This document shows, piece by piece, positions 36,101-47,796 of a stretch of 64,000 nt of DNA. Origin of the DNA: Patescibacteria group bacterium (lineage in GTDB: Bacteria > Patescibacteriota > Patescibacteriia > PEXW01); assembly GCA_041665345.1 (NCBI GenBank), contig JBAYJA010000003.1, positions 103,202 through 167,201 of the forward strand. Direction: 5' to 3'. Below the pieces are notes generated by a model. The model made no database searches. It had not been told where the DNA came from and was given only the letters and a program-made list of their open reading frames with translations. Each line of letters begins with the position of its first letter. Positions within the stretch are counted from its first letter, which is position 1. Position numbers and translations under genes: made by a program.

Positions 36101-36235
36101 GCTCGTTTTGCCCTGCGGTCTCCGCGCGTCCCGCTGCTGCGTGACTCGCTCCAACCATAGGGCAAAGCCTCGCTTTACCCTATGAAGCCGTACTCCCTCC
36201 CTTCGGTCGGTCCGTGCCTGCTTCATGGGGACCCC
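36101..36235 (+). repeat. tRNA-associated structured repeat, copy E
   Basis: GCTCGTTTTGCCCT...AGGGCAAAGCCTCGCTTTACCC...GGGGACCCC. Confidence 0.8.
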
Positions 36236-36388
36236 GAAAGAAAATAGAGACAAGGTGCTCATTCAGTTGCGGGACTGCGTCTCATCACGTGAACAACAAC
36301 ACAGTATACTCGCTACAGCATGTTTTCCAGTCTGCAACAATGCAGCCATGGTGATTCATGGTTGGACTTTTGCGTCGGTTGCCCTCCC

Positions 36389-37423
36389 CTAGACTTTTCT
36401 TGTGACTAGCTTGGGTTTCTGTCCCACGTGTCCCCAGTGGCCAAACCAGCGGACGAGTTTCGACATGACGCCACCCTCTTCTAGCTTAAGGAAGAAGAGC
36501 GTGGTGGCAACATACTGGAAGGACCAGAAGATGCCCGCGAACAGGAAGAGGATGATGAGCGTGATCACCAGCGACGCATTAATGTAGTTTCCAAGGCCGC
36601 TGAGGAATCCGGCACTGTCAGAGATGAACAGGTTGACGATTGGCGGGAAGAACAGCGTTGAAAAGGCAACGACAATAACCGTGAAGATGAGGAAGAGGAT
36701 GATGGCCATCTCCACACTCGCAAGCCAGTGCTGGCGGAAGAGGTGCCAGGCATCTTTGATTGCTTGGCGAACCGTGCGGCCACGCAACGCCACGTACGCC
36801 GAGGCAAACTGCAGTAAGAAGCCCACCACCACCGCAAACGGTACGAGGATAATGAAGGTAATGATCCCCAGGGTGGTTGCCCAGATTTCTTGACCGTTAC
36901 TGAGGTACAGTGAGACTAAGGGCACGGCAATGAGCATAGCAGCACCAGTGGTCACCACACGCTGCAGAATGTTCAACCAGAAAATGGGCCAGAAGGTTCG
37001 GGCGCCATCACGAAAACTCTCCTCTGGCTGCACAATTTTTCCGCGGCGGAGTTTTTCCGTAGCGGTGATGAGTGCACCCTGGGAGAGGACAGACATCCAA
37101 ATGAAGAAAGCGAAAATGCCAATGACGATGAGTAGTGTGAGAATGTTGGCAACGGACACGGTTTTCCAGAACTGCGATACGTTATTCAGAATGAATGACA
37201 GGGTTTCTGATTGGTAGAAGATTTTTGCCTGCGCCAGGTTCTCACCCTGATTCTGAATAATTGAAAGGTTGGTAAGGAAGGAGTCAATACCACTGACCAG
37301 GGCAGAGTTCATGAGGACAGCGAAAAACCCAAAGAACCACAGGAACTTGTGGCGGCGGGCAATGCGCCACGCCTCGCGGATAGTCTGCAGGTAGATGGTT
37401 TTTTGGATGGGTTTTTCCTCCAT
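36389..37423 (-). CDS. Multi-pass membrane protein of unknown function
   Basis: AWRIARRHKFLWFFGFFA start, about 6 TMs. Confidence 0.75.
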   Translation of the reverse strand: MEEKPIQKTIYLQTIREAWRIARRHKFLWFFGFFAVLMNSALVSGIDSFLTNLSIIQNQGENLAQAKIFYQSETLSFILNNVSQFWKTVSVANILTLLIVIGIFAFFIWMSVLSQGALITATEKLRRGKIVQPEESFRDGARTFWPIFWLNILQRVVTTGAAMLIAVPLVSLYLSNGQEIWATTLGIITFIILVPFAVVVGFLLQFASAYVALRGRTVRQAIKDAWHLFRQHWLASVEMAIILFLIFTVIVVAFSTLFFPPIVNLFISDSAGFLSGLGNYINASLVITLIILFLFAGIFWSFQYVATTLFFLKLEEGGVMSKLVRWFGHWGHVGQKPKLVTRKV

Positions 37424-37728
37424 GGGTAAAAGTATAGCATTTGCTGGGGTGGAAGGTAAGGGTATGGATAGCAGTATGGATGGAGGGTTAGGGTGGGACG
37501 GTGTAAAAAATTTTTCCCTAGAGCACCCTCTCTAGGGTGCGAAGATCGTTGGTCACGAATCAGGTGTAAACAGAGTTGGCCCATTGACACAAAGTTTTTT
37601 CCCGGAGGGCGCGCGGGCACAGCGGCACCGCGCTGGGGTTTGGTTTTACATTTTCGTCCTCCGTTCCTCCGAAACCAAAAACCCCACTCGGGTAGAGCGG
37701 GGCCTTGTACTTCGAATTGTACAATATC

Positions 37729-39579
37729 TTAGACAGTCACTGGAGTTGGTACTGGTTTCAGGAATGGCTTGACTAGTGCGGCAAACTCTTCTTGCTCCAA
37801 GGTTTCCTTTTCCAAAAGTTTCGCCACAATCGCATCTAAAGCTGGGCGGGACTTCTGGACAATTTTTTTGGCAGTCTCGTGACCATGCTTCAGGAATTTA
37901 TCCACAGCAGCATCAATGTTTTCCGCAACTTTTTCGGAGTAGTCACGCTGTTCGGTAATTTCCCGACCCAGGAAGATCATTTCCTCCTTGTTGCCGTAGG
38001 TGCGGCTGCCCAGCTCGCTCATGCCAAACTCTGTCACAAGCTTCCGTGCTAAGCGCGTGGCTTGCTGCAGGTCGTTCCGGGCACCCGTGGTAATGTCGCC
38101 AAAGACTTCCTGCTCCGCCACCTGTCCGGCGAGCATGACGGCCAGGTCATCAATGAACTCGGCTTTGCTGTGCAGCTTCTTCTCAAACTCTGGTAGCTTC
38201 AGCGTGTACCCAGCAGCCTGGCCACGGGAAATGATCGACACTTTGTGCACCGGGTCAGCATTCGGCAAGCTGGCAGACACCAGCGCATGCCCGGCTTCGT
38301 GTACGGCGGTGATCTTCTTCTCCTGCTCGCTCAGCACGTGGCTCTTGCGCTCCGGCCCCAGCATGACTTTCTCAATAGACTCCAGGCACTCATTCTGCCC
38401 AACCTGCTTCAAATTTCGGCGGGCAGCCAGGATCGCAGCTTCGTTTAGCAAGTTTGCCAGATCAGCCCCGGAAAAGCCCGGTGTCCGCTGCGCAACTTTT
38501 TGCAGGTTCACGTCAGGCGCCAATGGCTTCTTGCGGCTGTGGACTTTCAGAATGGCTTCCCGGCTCTTCAGGTCAGGCAGGTCCAGAATCACGCGCCGGT
38601 CAAAGCGGCCAGGGCGGAGCAAGGCGGGGTCCAGCACGTCAGGCCGGTTGGTGGCAGCAATGACAATGACATTCGTCTCCGTATCAAAGCCGTCCATTTC
38701 CACCAGAATTTGGTTGAGGGTTTGCTCGCGTTCATCATGGCTGCCGCCTAAGCCCGAACCGCGCTGGCGTGCCACGGCGTCAATTTCATCCACGAAGATA
38801 ATGCACGGGGCAGCTTTCTTGGCGCGGCGGAACAGATCCCGCACGCGGGAGGCGCCGACGCCCACAAACATTTCCACAAATTCGGAACCAGAAATGTGGA
38901 AGAAAGGCACACCCGCTTCACCTGCCACGGCTTTGGCCAGCAAGGTTTTGCCGGTGCCCGGGCTGCCAACGAGCAGCACGCCACGGGGAATTTTTGCACC
39001 CAGCGCGGTGAACTTCTTGGGGAACTTTAAAAATTCCACAACTTCCATGAGTTCGGTCTTGGCTTCTTGCGCGCCAGCCACGTCGGCAAACGTGGTGGGG
39101 ACCCGCTTCTTCTGCTGGTCTGGCTGCTCCTTGGGCCCAGTTTGGCCAAAGGACATAGCGCGGTTGTTCACGTTCTGCGCTTGGCGCATCATGAACCAGA
39201 AGAAAAAGATGAACAATGCTAAGGGCAGGAGGATTGGCAGAATGGCGCCCAGCCACACCGAGCCGCTGGATGGTTGCTTCACCTGCAAATCAATGGCGGC
39301 AATTTTCTCCGGTGCCACGTTGTAGTTTTTCAACGCCGTGGTGAAGGAATCCGCCGGCTCTTTGTAGGCCGTGCGCTTCTCGTCAGACTTCAGGGTGATG
39401 TTCAGTTTCTCCCCATCCACCTGCACTTGCTTCACCTCATCTTTTTGGATGGCCACTACCAGTTCATTCAAGGGCATGGACTTGGGTTTGCTGCTCTCAC
39501 CTCCCACAAACGAGAAGACAGAGGAGATGACCAGCAGGGCGACCACGAAAATGAGGATATTTTTGCTAAGGTTTTTCAT
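37729..39579 (-). CDS. ftsH: ATP-dependent zinc metalloprotease FtsH
   Basis: [26 protein letters not shown]. Confidence 0.97.
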   Translation of the reverse strand: MKNLSKNILIFVVALLVISSVFSFVGGESSKPKSMPLNELVVAIQKDEVKQVQVDGEKLNITLKSDEKRTAYKEPADSFTTALKNYNVAPEKIAAIDLQVKQPSSGSVWLGAILPILLPLALFIFFFWFMMRQAQNVNNRAMSFGQTGPKEQPDQQKKRVPTTFADVAGAQEAKTELMEVVEFLKFPKKFTALGAKIPRGVLLVGSPGTGKTLLAKAVAGEAGVPFFHISGSEFVEMFVGVGASRVRDLFRRAKKAAPCIIFVDEIDAVARQRGSGLGGSHDEREQTLNQILVEMDGFDTETNVIVIAATNRPDVLDPALLRPGRFDRRVILDLPDLKSREAILKVHSRKKPLAPDVNLQKVAQRTPGFSGADLANLLNEAAILAARRNLKQVGQNECLESIEKVMLGPERKSHVLSEQEKKITAVHEAGHALVSASLPNADPVHKVSIISRGQAAGYTLKLPEFEKKLHSKAEFIDDLAVMLAGQVAEQEVFGDITTGARNDLQQATRLARKLVTEFGMSELGSRTYGNKEEMIFLGREITEQRDYSEKVAENIDAAVDKFLKHGHETAKKIVQKSRPALDAIVAKLLEKETLEQEEFAALVKPFLKPVPTPVTV

Positions 39580-39628
39580 AGAAAGGTTGCGTCAGTATGG
39601 TAAATCAGCCGGGGTAGGTAAACTTTCC

Positions 39629-40831
39629 CTACTCTGCTTTTTCTTCAGTCACTGCTTCGGCTGGCGCTGCTGTTTTTTCGGTCTCAGACTTGTCTTCGGT
39701 GTCGTCTGTTTTTTCTTCATCCGCTTTCTTTCCTTCTGGTTCTGGTAGCAGAGCCTTCATGGACAACCCCAAGCGGTGCTGGGTGGGATCAAAGGAAATC
39801 ACTTTGAATTCTTTTACGTCGCCTGGGCGGACAATTTCACCGGGATCCTTCACCCGGTCATGTGAGAGTTCAGAAATGTGGCAGAGGCCGTGGACAATGT
39901 CATCCAGTTCCACGAAGGCGCCAAAGGTGTTCAAGCGGGCAACCTTCCCTTTCACCGTGTCGCCAACTTTGTAGCGCTCGGCGGCTTGGGCCCACGGGTC
40001 ATCCTGCAAACGTTTGAAGGAGAGGGAAATCTTTGCACCATCAATGCCAATAATCATTGCCTTGGCATCGTCGCCAATGTGGAAGACGCCTTTGGGATTA
40101 TCAATACGCTGCCAGGCGAGTTCGGAAATGTGCACCAAGCCTTCCAGTCCGTCACCAAAACCCACGAAGACGCCGAAGTCCACCACGCCGGTAATTTTCC
40201 CTTCCACAATTTGGTTCAGCTGGAATTGCTTCAGCGTTTCCACGCGCTGCTCTTCCCAGGCAGCTTTTTCCGAGACAATGAGCTTGCTGGCTTCTTCATC
40301 AATATCCAAGACCTTCACGGCAAAAGATTGGCCAATGAATTTATTCAGGAGTTCCAAAATGCGGGATTTGTCGCCGCCTTCCACGCGGGGGTAGTGTTCG
40401 GGCGTGAGCTGGGACACGGGCAAGAAGCCGTCAATGCGGCCAAGTTTCACCATGAGTCCACCTTTGTTGGCAGCAACCACCACCACATCCACGGGTTTGC
40501 GCTCACTGAGGATGGCATCCAATTCGCCCCAGGCTTTCTCATGCCCGGCCAAGCGGAAGGAGAGTTCCATTTCTCCATTCTCATTTTCCATGTCTAACAC
40601 CGTTGCTTGGGCACGATCCCCAACTTTTAAGGTTGCGGTTTCACCAGATTCATCCACCAACTCTTTCCCCCGGATAATCCCGGTGGTAATCCCGTCAATG
40701 TCCAGGTGGACTTCAGATTTGGATAGCGCAATAACCGTCCCTTCCACCACATCCCCTACTTTGGGCAGGGTGGGCTGGTTTGGGGATTCCAGGAGCGAGG
40801 CAAACGCGGCTGACGTATGTTGATCGGTCAT
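39629..40831 (-). CDS. rpsA: 30S ribosomal protein S1 (four S1 domains)
   Basis: Repeated FGVFV/EGLVHISEL S1 motifs. Confidence 0.92.
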   Translation of the reverse strand: MTDQHTSAAFASLLESPNQPTLPKVGDVVEGTVIALSKSEVHLDIDGITTGIIRGKELVDESGETATLKVGDRAQATVLDMENENGEMELSFRLAGHEKAWGELDAILSERKPVDVVVVAANKGGLMVKLGRIDGFLPVSQLTPEHYPRVEGGDKSRILELLNKFIGQSFAVKVLDIDEEASKLIVSEKAAWEEQRVETLKQFQLNQIVEGKITGVVDFGVFVGFGDGLEGLVHISELAWQRIDNPKGVFHIGDDAKAMIIGIDGAKISLSFKRLQDDPWAQAAERYKVGDTVKGKVARLNTFGAFVELDDIVHGLCHISELSHDRVKDPGEIVRPGDVKEFKVISFDPTQHRLGLSMKALLPEPEGKKADEEKTDDTEDKSETEKTAAPAEAVTEEKAE

Positions 40832-41009
40832 AGAGAACAAAAAAAATGCTTAACCACGCTCCAGCAAAGCTTGCTGGACGGGCTCGCAGCGCACGCTAGC
40901 GCCACGATTGCGGATGCGTAAGGAATAGGAATGAGCTTTTTGAGAGTACGCTGCTTTGGAAATCTTTGCAAGAATTGACAGAAGTGTATTTTTTTGGTAT
41001 AGTATGGAC

Positions 41010-41882
41010 ATGGCAAAGATCTCTGGAATCAAAACCGATCTCCTCCTCCGCAATGCGCAACGGCTGGTTTCGCCTATCACCAGTAAGTACGGGGACAAGC
41101 CAATTTCGGCCATGAAGTTCAAAAAATTGATGGAACATGCGGATGTGGAGCATATTGAGAAGGTGCGTTTTCAAAAAACGGTTACCACCCACCAAGCCAA
41201 GAAGTTTCTGGGCTCGTTCTTGAAGCATATTCAGGAGCATCCTCAATATAAAGTTTCTGGGTTCGCCAAAGAAATGGTGCACGCCAAGTTGCACCAGGGG
41301 GATCACGCCATTCAGAATTTTGATCCCAAAATGCTGGGCGAACATGGCTTGGAGTACTTACGAGAAGAGCAGGCGAAAGAAACGCAGACTACGGGACCGT
41401 CCCTAGAAGAGAAGCAGCGCCTGGAACGCCGGCAAGCGGCAATCAAGAATTTGAACATACGCCACAGCGCAGAAGAACGAGACAAACTTACCTCCGTGGT
41501 TCCCAAAGATGTGGTTGGTTCGGCGAATGCTGCCAAAGCACAGAGCTCCGTCTTTGGTGATACGAAAACTGCTGGTACAGTGAATCCAGGTTCCACAAAA
41601 GCCGTTCCAGGAAATACGACAACGGGCGCGCCTCGGCCAGTGCAACTGGGTGGAGGTATGGCTTCACAGTTGGGTCACCAACAGCAGGAGAAAGCCACGG
41701 TGGTGCCAGTCTTTGGCGTGACGCAGGCAAAAGCCTCTGCTGACCCCGGGAAACCGGTTGCTGAAGATAATTTCCAAGCGTTGGTGCAAGCAGAAGCAGC
41801 GGCAAAGGCGGGGAATGTCAAGGCTGAGGATGACCTGCCGAACACGGATGATGTGGATACGAATTTGCCGCTCGCTGCCTGA
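41010..41882 (+). CDS. Hypothetical protein
   Basis: TTGACA-17-TATAGT promoter, ATG 6 nt after the -10; long ORF. Confidence 0.7.
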   Translation: MAKISGIKTDLLLRNAQRLVSPITSKYGDKPISAMKFKKLMEHADVEHIEKVRFQKTVTTHQAKKFLGSFLKHIQEHPQYKVSGFAKEMVHAKLHQGDHAIQNFDPKMLGEHGLEYLREEQAKETQTTGPSLEEKQRLERRQAAIKNLNIRHSAEERDKLTSVVPKDVVGSANAAKAQSSVFGDTKTAGTVNPGSTKAVPGNTTTGAPRPVQLGGGMASQLGHQQQEKATVVPVFGVTQAKASADPGKPVAEDNFQALVQAEAAAKAGNVKAEDDLPNTDDVDTNLPLAA

Positions 41883-41972
41883 AAAATGCCCTTGATTCCA
41901 GAGCGTTTCCTTGCTACGCTGCAGAGGACGGCGAGCGTTTTTCTCGTCCTTCCTTGAACCGAAAAAATCCCC

Positions 41973-42623
41973 ATGATCATCACTTGGCTTGGTCACTCCT
42001 GCTTCAAAATCCAAACCGCAAACGCCATTGTCCTCATTGACCCCTACGAGCCTGGGGTGGGCTTGAAATTGCCCAAAGTCACGCCAGATTTTGTACTCAT
42101 CACCCACGACCATGCTGACCACAATTACCTGCAAGGCGTCAGTGGCTCGCCCTTTGTGGCCAAGGGTCCAGGCGAGTATGAAGTGCGTGGGGTGTTTGCC
42201 CAAGGTGTGGCGGGTTTCCACGATGCCACGCAGGGCACGGAGCGCGGGGGCATTACCATGTACCGGCTGGAAGCAGATGATTTGAAGTTGGCGCACCTGG
42301 GTGATCTTGGCCAACCCAAACTCACAGACGAGCAGTTTGAACAGCTCAACGGTGTGGACATTCTCTTCATCCCCGTGGGCGGGTTCTACACCATTGACGC
42401 CAAGGCGGCCTCGGATATCATCACCCAGCTGGAACCCCGGATTGTCATTCCCATGCACTACCTGGTGCACGGCATGGACAAGAAGCGCTTCCCCATTGCC
42501 GGCGTGGACGCATTTATTAAAGTCATGGGCGTGAAGAGCGAACCAACGGATAAGCTGAAAATTGTGAAAAAAGATTTACCGCAGGAAGAAACCCAAGTGG
42601 TCATTCTCAAACCAGACGCGTAA
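41973..42623 (+). CDS. Metallo-beta-lactamase-fold hydrolase
   Basis: WLGHSCF, THDHADH, HLGD, IPMHY. Confidence 0.92.
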   Translation: MIITWLGHSCFKIQTANAIVLIDPYEPGVGLKLPKVTPDFVLITHDHADHNYLQGVSGSPFVAKGPGEYEVRGVFAQGVAGFHDATQGTERGGITMYRLEADDLKLAHLGDLGQPKLTDEQFEQLNGVDILFIPVGGFYTIDAKAASDIITQLEPRIVIPMHYLVHGMDKKRFPIAGVDAFIKVMGVKSEPTDKLKIVKKDLPQEETQVVILKPDA

Positions 42624-42626
42624 GGT

Positions 42627-43031
42627 ATGCCCTCCCTCGACGCTATTACCCCAAACCCGAAGCGCCGGAAGCAGGCACCACGCGTGCGCGGCATGGCGGC
42701 TCCGTTGAGCCCCGAGGAAATGCAGCGTCGCCGCAAGCTGGTGTTCTGGTCTGTGGGTATTGTGACCGGTCTCATTGTCTTCCTGTGGATTGTCACCCTC
42801 CCTTCGGTGCTGGAATCGCAGAAGGGTTCCAGCCCGGCTTTTGGAAAATTCTCGGAGCAGGTGCGCAACCTGTTCAAGTTTGGGAAGGATGACCCCCGAG
42901 ATTCTATTAAAAATATCAATCCAAACAGCCCCACCCCAGAGCAGGTGCAGCAGCTCCGTGAGGCAATTTTCCCTGCTGCAAATACGAATTCCGCCAATGT
43001 AAATAGCCAGACGAATACCAATGCCTCCTAA
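42627..43031 (+). CDS. Single-TM hypothetical protein
   Basis: Operonic position overlapping the gyrA start; one TM. Confidence 0.65.
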   Translation: MPSLDAITPNPKRRKQAPRVRGMAAPLSPEEMQRRRKLVFWSVGIVTGLIVFLWIVTLPSVLESQKGSSPAFGKFSEQVRNLFKFGKDDPRDSIKNINPNSPTPEQVQQLREAIFPAANTNSANVNSQTNTNAS

Positions 43032-45525
43032 GCCTAAGCCTAAGTCCAGCCCAGCCTCAAAGCCCGTACAACCCACGCTTAGCCTCAACACTGGCCAGCT
43101 TCGTGCCCGGCCAATTGTGGAGGAAATGCAAACGTCGTACTTGGATTACGCCATGTCCGTCATTGTGGCGCGCGCGTTGCCGGACGTGCGGGACGGACTG
43201 AAGCCCGTGCACCGGCGCATTCTCTACGCCATGAAAGACCTGGGACTCACGCACGCGGCCAAGTACCGCAAGTCGGCCACCGTGGTTGGTGAAGTGCTGG
43301 GTAAGTATCACCCACATGGTGACGTGGCTGTGTACGATTCGATGGTGCGTTTGGCGCAGGACTTTGCCATGCGCTATCCATTGGTGGACGGCCAAGGGAA
43401 CTTTGGTTCCATGGACGGTGACTCTGCTGCGGCCATGCGCTACACCGAAGCGCGCTTGGAGAAGATCAGCCAAGAGATGCTGCGGGACATTGAGAAGAAC
43501 ACTGTAGACTTCATTCCAAATTATGACGGCAGCCGGCAAGAGCCAACCGTGCTTCCGGCCGCGCTCCCCAACCTCCTGCTCAACGGCGCCGTGGGTATTG
43601 CCGTGGGTATGGCCACGTCCATTCCTCCGCACAACCTGCGGGAGCTCTGCGATGCGATTGTCCACCTGATTGCTGAACCTGAGGCGACGGTGGATGACCT
43701 GATGAAGTTCGTCACTGGTCCCGACTTCCCCACCGGCGGGACGATTTTTGACCGGAAAGAAATTGAAGCCGCCTACACCACGGGTAAGGGCGCCATTGTG
43801 ATCCGCGCCAAGACCGACATTGTGGAAGCGAAGAATGGCAGCTACCACATTATCGTTACGGAAGTTCCCTACCAGGTGAACAAGTCCAGCTTGCTGGAGC
43901 ACATTGCCGACTTGGTGCGGGACAAGAAGCTGGAAGGCATTCGGGATTTGCGTGATGAGTCAGACAAAGACGGCGTGCGCGTGGTTATTGAACTGAAGAA
44001 AGACGCCTACCCCAAGAAGGTGCTGAACCGGCTGTACGACATGACGGATTTGCAAACCACGTTCCATGTGAATTTGCTGGCCTTGGTGGATGGCATTCAG
44101 CCGCGCGTGCTGCACCTGAAGGGCGTGCTGGAAGAGTACATCAAGCACCGCGTGGTGGTGATTCGTCGCCGCACGCAGTACGACTTGGACCGGACCAAAG
44201 AGCGCGTCCACATTCTCAAAGGTTTGAAGATTGCCGTGGACAATATTGACGCGGTCATCCGCTTGATCAAGAAGTCCAAAGATAAAGATGAGGCTCGGGT
44301 GAACCTCATGAAGCAGTTCAAGCTCAGTGAGATTCAGGCCGTGGCGATTTTGGAAATGCGCTTGCAGCAGTTGGCCAACCTGGAGCGCCTGAAGATTGAG
44401 CAAGAGCTGAAAGAGAAGCTGCAGCTCATCAAAGAGCTGGAAGCCTTGCTGGCCAGCCCCAAGCGCATCCGCGGCGTCATTTCCAAAGAGGTGACGGAGA
44501 TTCGGGAACTGTACGGGGATGACCGCCGCACGGTGGTGAACCCCAACCCGGTGGGTGAGTTCCGGCAAGAAGATCTTATTCCCAACGAAGCCACGGTGAT
44601 CATGCTTACCCGCGATGGGTACATCAAGCGGGTGGAGCCGGAGTCTTTCAAGACCCAAGGCCGGGGTGGCAAAGGCGTCATTGGTTTGACCACGAAGGAA
44701 GAAGACAGCGTGGAACAGCTGTTCGCTACCATGACCCATGCGGATCTGCTGTTCTTCACCACCCGCGGCCGTGTGTTCCAGCTGAAGGCCTACGATGTGC
44801 CACAGGCTTCCCGTACGGCCAAAGGCCAAGCCGTAGTGAACTTCCTGCAGCTGGGGCCTGACGAGAAAGTCTCCGCAGTCCTCTCCCTGGCGGAAATTGC
44901 TGAAGAGAAATACCTCATCATGCTCACCCGCCAAGGCACTATTAAGAAAACCGAACTTATTGCCTTCAAAGACGTGCGTCGCTCTGGGCTCATTGCCGTC
45001 AAACTCAAGCCCGAAGATAGGCTGGAGTGGGTGAAGCCCAGCAGTGGCAAGGATGACATCATCTTGGTCTCCGTGAATGGCCAGAGCATCCGCTTTGCGG
45101 AAAAGTCCGTCCGCCCCATGGGCCGTACCGCTGGTGGCGTGCGCGGTATGAACCTAAAGCGCGGTGACATGGTTGCGGGCATGGACATTATTCCCGAAGG
45201 CAAAGCCGGCACCAACGAGCAGCTCCTAGTGATCATGGGCGCAGGCTACGGCAAGCGCACGAACCTGAAGGAGTACCGCATCCAGGGCCGCGGCGGTTCC
45301 GGCATCAAGACTGCCAAGATTACCGAGAAGACCGGGAAGATTGTTTCTGCCTTCATTGTGAATGCCAAGCGCGAGCAAGAAGACGTGGTCATCATTTCTG
45401 AAAAAGGTCAGGTCATTCGTTTGCCGCTGAAGCAAGTTTCTGTCCTGGGCCGCGACACGCAGGGTGTGCGCCTGATGCGCTTCAAAGAGGTGAAGGACAG
45501 CGTGGCCTCAGTTACCTTTGTATAA
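43021..45525 (+). CDS. gyrA: DNA gyrase subunit A
   Basis: [22 protein letters not shown], GyrA-box QGRGGKG. Confidence 0.97.
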   Translation: MPPKPKPKSSPASKPVQPTLSLNTGQLRARPIVEEMQTSYLDYAMSVIVARALPDVRDGLKPVHRRILYAMKDLGLTHAAKYRKSATVVGEVLGKYHPHGDVAVYDSMVRLAQDFAMRYPLVDGQGNFGSMDGDSAAAMRYTEARLEKISQEMLRDIEKNTVDFIPNYDGSRQEPTVLPAALPNLLLNGAVGIAVGMATSIPPHNLRELCDAIVHLIAEPEATVDDLMKFVTGPDFPTGGTIFDRKEIEAAYTTGKGAIVIRAKTDIVEAKNGSYHIIVTEVPYQVNKSSLLEHIADLVRDKKLEGIRDLRDESDKDGVRVVIELKKDAYPKKVLNRLYDMTDLQTTFHVNLLALVDGIQPRVLHLKGVLEEYIKHRVVVIRRRTQYDLDRTKERVHILKGLKIAVDNIDAVIRLIKKSKDKDEARVNLMKQFKLSEIQAVAILEMRLQQLANLERLKIEQELKEKLQLIKELEALLASPKRIRGVISKEVTEIRELYGDDRRTVVNPNPVGEFRQEDLIPNEATVIMLTRDGYIKRVEPESFKTQGRGGKGVIGLTTKEEDSVEQLFATMTHADLLFFTTRGRVFQLKAYDVPQASRTAKGQAVVNFLQLGPDEKVSAVLSLAEIAEEKYLIMLTRQGTIKKTELIAFKDVRRSGLIAVKLKPEDRLEWVKPSSGKDDIILVSVNGQSIRFAEKSVRPMGRTAGGVRGMNLKRGDMVAGMDIIPEGKAGTNEQLLVIMGAGYGKRTNLKEYRIQGRGGSGIKTAKITEKTGKIVSAFIVNAKREQEDVVIISEKGQVIRLPLKQVSVLGRDTQGVRLMRFKEVKDSVASVTFV

Positions 45526-45638
45526 TTTTTCGAAATGACCAACGTGGGTAGCCCGGGTCCCCTGACCCGGGCTTTGGTTTTGCAGTGACTTTATGAAAAT
45601 GAAAAAAAGCCCCTCGTTGTGTGACGAGGGGTGTTTGT

Positions 45639-45941
45639 TTAGTCTTTCCGAGCGCTTGGTGGTAGCCCAAGCACTTGTCGGTAGGTCTCAATGGTGGGTA
45701 GCTGTTGTAGCTCGTTTTCATCCCCGCTGGAGATGAATACATGGCCAAGTGCAGCATCCACCGATCGGGGTGAGAAAATGAGATCCGTGGGAACCGGTCC
45801 TTCCAGGCTCATTAGTATTTCCACCGGGATTTTAAAAAAGTGTCTTGCAACATCGCAGACTAAGAAACGATGCTCGGGAGGAGTGTTGCGGAGGACTTTC
45901 AACTCACCTTTTTTCTCCCCAGTACAGCGTGGGCATTCCAT
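45639..45941 (-). CDS. Small Zn-ribbon-like hypothetical protein
   Basis: CPRC...CDVARH; GAGG SD; TTGACA-17-TAAGGT promoter. Confidence 0.55.
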   Translation of the reverse strand: MECPRCTGEKKGELKVLRNTPPEHRFLVCDVARHFFKIPVEILMSLEGPVPTDLIFSPRSVDAALGHVFISSGDENELQQLPTIETYRQVLGLPPSARKD

Positions 45942-46061
45942 GGGAACCTCGTATGGCAAATGTGCATTTTCAATTTCAATGCGTTCCGCCAACCTTACCT
46001 TGGCGCTACAGTGCTGTCAATAAAAAGACCCGCCTCCAGATTGGGGGCGGGTAAAAGTACC

Positions 46062-47054
46062 TTAGAATTTTGCGTAGTACTGTTCTGAGCATTCCCAAGC
46101 CAAACGGACAGCTTCTTTTTCATCCGGGAAGTCGCCGAATTGGTCCAGAATTGCAACCAGCTCTGTGTTATTCGACGGTTGCGATTGCGCATTGGTCACA
46201 TACAGAACAGGTTCAGCCCAGTCCACTTCCCGCGCTTCTCGTTTCGGCTTGTCAAAATGAATGGTCAGTGCCTCAGGGGTTGCGGCAATGCATGGCTGTA
46301 AGCCGCACTGTTTGAGTTTAATAAGTTTCTGCGCAAATCCGATAGGTGGTTTTGGCAGCTGCACTTGGTAGCTGAACTGCTTTTGCTCTCTATCCCGCTT
46401 TTCGTCAATATGCCAGGGCCAAACATCTTGGAGTGCCATAAGAAATCTTCTGGACGTCATCTTCATGTTGAGAGAGATGATTTTCAGAACGATTGACGTT
46501 AGTATGCCAACGCCAGCGACAATAATACAAACCCCGGTGACTGTTGGGCTATCGTTGAAAAGAGCAATACAGCCAACGATAAGCGCAATTACCCACAGGA
46601 CGATAGTAAATACACGCGTTCCATGAATGTGGCCTGACCATTCGTCATTGACGTAAGTTCTGGATTCCCCGTCCAAATGTTCAAAGCGCCAGAGATTGCA
46701 CTTTATGCAGAAGTTCTTCCATAGCTCTGCCGGAATAACGGCAATGGGGGTATACCCTGTAGTGTTTCTCACTTTATCTTCAAAAGTTTGGACCTCCCGC
46801 GCCTCGGCTTGTAGTTGACCTTGGGTCACGGAATTTTTCCTTTCAGCTGCTTTCAGCTCATCTTTCCCACACGGAATATCAACTTCACAGCCGGCAATAA
46901 TCTCCTGCCGGAATTTGTCTTCGTCGTGCGTGGTTTTTAGCGAGGCTTCGATTTCCCCGAGCTGTTGCTCCAGGAGTAGTCCCCGTTTGTTTCGATTCGT
47001 TTGCGCGCCAACTGACAGCACCTCAATAGGCTTGCGTGTTTCTGTGTTTTGCAT
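46062..47054 (-). CDS. Hypothetical 2-TM protein
   Basis: TTGACA-17-TATAGT promoter, GGAGG SD, 330 aa. Confidence 0.7.
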   Translation of the reverse strand: MQNTETRKPIEVLSVGAQTNRNKRGLLLEQQLGEIEASLKTTHDEDKFRQEIIAGCEVDIPCGKDELKAAERKNSVTQGQLQAEAREVQTFEDKVRNTTGYTPIAVIPAELWKNFCIKCNLWRFEHLDGESRTYVNDEWSGHIHGTRVFTIVLWVIALIVGCIALFNDSPTVTGVCIIVAGVGILTSIVLKIISLNMKMTSRRFLMALQDVWPWHIDEKRDREQKQFSYQVQLPKPPIGFAQKLIKLKQCGLQPCIAATPEALTIHFDKPKREAREVDWAEPVLYVTNAQSQPSNNTELVAILDQFGDFPDEKEAVRLAWECSEQYYAKF

Positions 47055-47164
47055 GTTTTACCTCCAAATGTTAAAGTTCTTTTTGATTCAAGATACTATA
47101 ACGCTGGCAATGATTCGTGTCAATAAAAAGACCCGCCTCCAGAGGGGAGACGGGTAAAGGTGCT

Positions 47165-47560
47165 TTAGACTTCATCATCACGATCACGCCTGCGTGGTTT
47201 GGCTTCTTGCTGTTTCTTTTGATCAGCAATCGCCTGCTCCACACCAAGAAGGTACAAGTCCAGGAAGAGTAATGAGCTATCTGGAAGAGCGTCGAATGCT
47301 TTTTGAACCCGTTGGTTTTCTAGTTGGATATCGGATTGGGAGAGAATACTTTGCCCGGTCAGGTAGCCCTGCGCATAAATTGAGTCAGCAGCTGCGCTCC
47401 CAAGAGATGTGCTGTCGCCTGGCGAAACTTTTGTCAGGTAGTTGTTGATCAGTTCCGTTACACTGTCCTCCCAAGCAGAGCTCTTACTTTGAAGGGCGAA
47501 GATTCCCCCAACGCAAAGCGCGATAATTGCCCATTTAAAGGGCCGTAACTTCTCCAGCAT
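47165..47560 (-). CDS. Hypothetical membrane-anchored protein
   Basis: GGGGAG SD, start overlaps the upstream stop, N-terminal TM. Confidence 0.6.
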   Translation of the reverse strand: MLEKLRPFKWAIIALCVGGIFALQSKSSAWEDSVTELINNYLTKVSPGDSTSLGSAAADSIYAQGYLTGQSILSQSDIQLENQRVQKAFDALPDSSLLFLDLYLLGVEQAIADQKKQQEAKPRRRDRDDEV

Positions 47561-47796
47561 CACTCCCCCACTTTCTTCAGGATTGGCCACACAAAAGGTG
47601 TAACCCGGAGTGTCCGAGAAGTTTCGCAGTCTGCGCACACGTGGCTTTGCTTCTCATGAATTGGATGACCAGGCGCATCCCAGATTCCTCCGGTTGGTTG
47701 GGCGACTGCATGGTCACAGCCGGCTGGGTCACGGAATAGCCCAGCTTGGGCTAAGAGCGCGCTGATTTGCTCATCTGTCAGGTGAAGACGAGGCAT
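47560..47796 (-). CDS. Small Cys/His-containing hypothetical protein
   Basis: AGGAGG SD; CDH...CADC. Confidence 0.55.
   Translation of the reverse strand: MPRLHLTDEQISALLAQAGLFRDPAGCDHAVAQPTGGIWDAPGHPIHEKQSHVCADCETSRTLRVTPFVWPILKKVGE

Noticed and set aside
38000-39325. Long antisense ORFs (441 aa here; also 52323-53939, 43960-44934, 48505-49467, 9502-10485)
   Set aside because: Shadows of ftsH, smc, gyrA, nusB/rnc and the sensor gene caused by codon bias; no motifs
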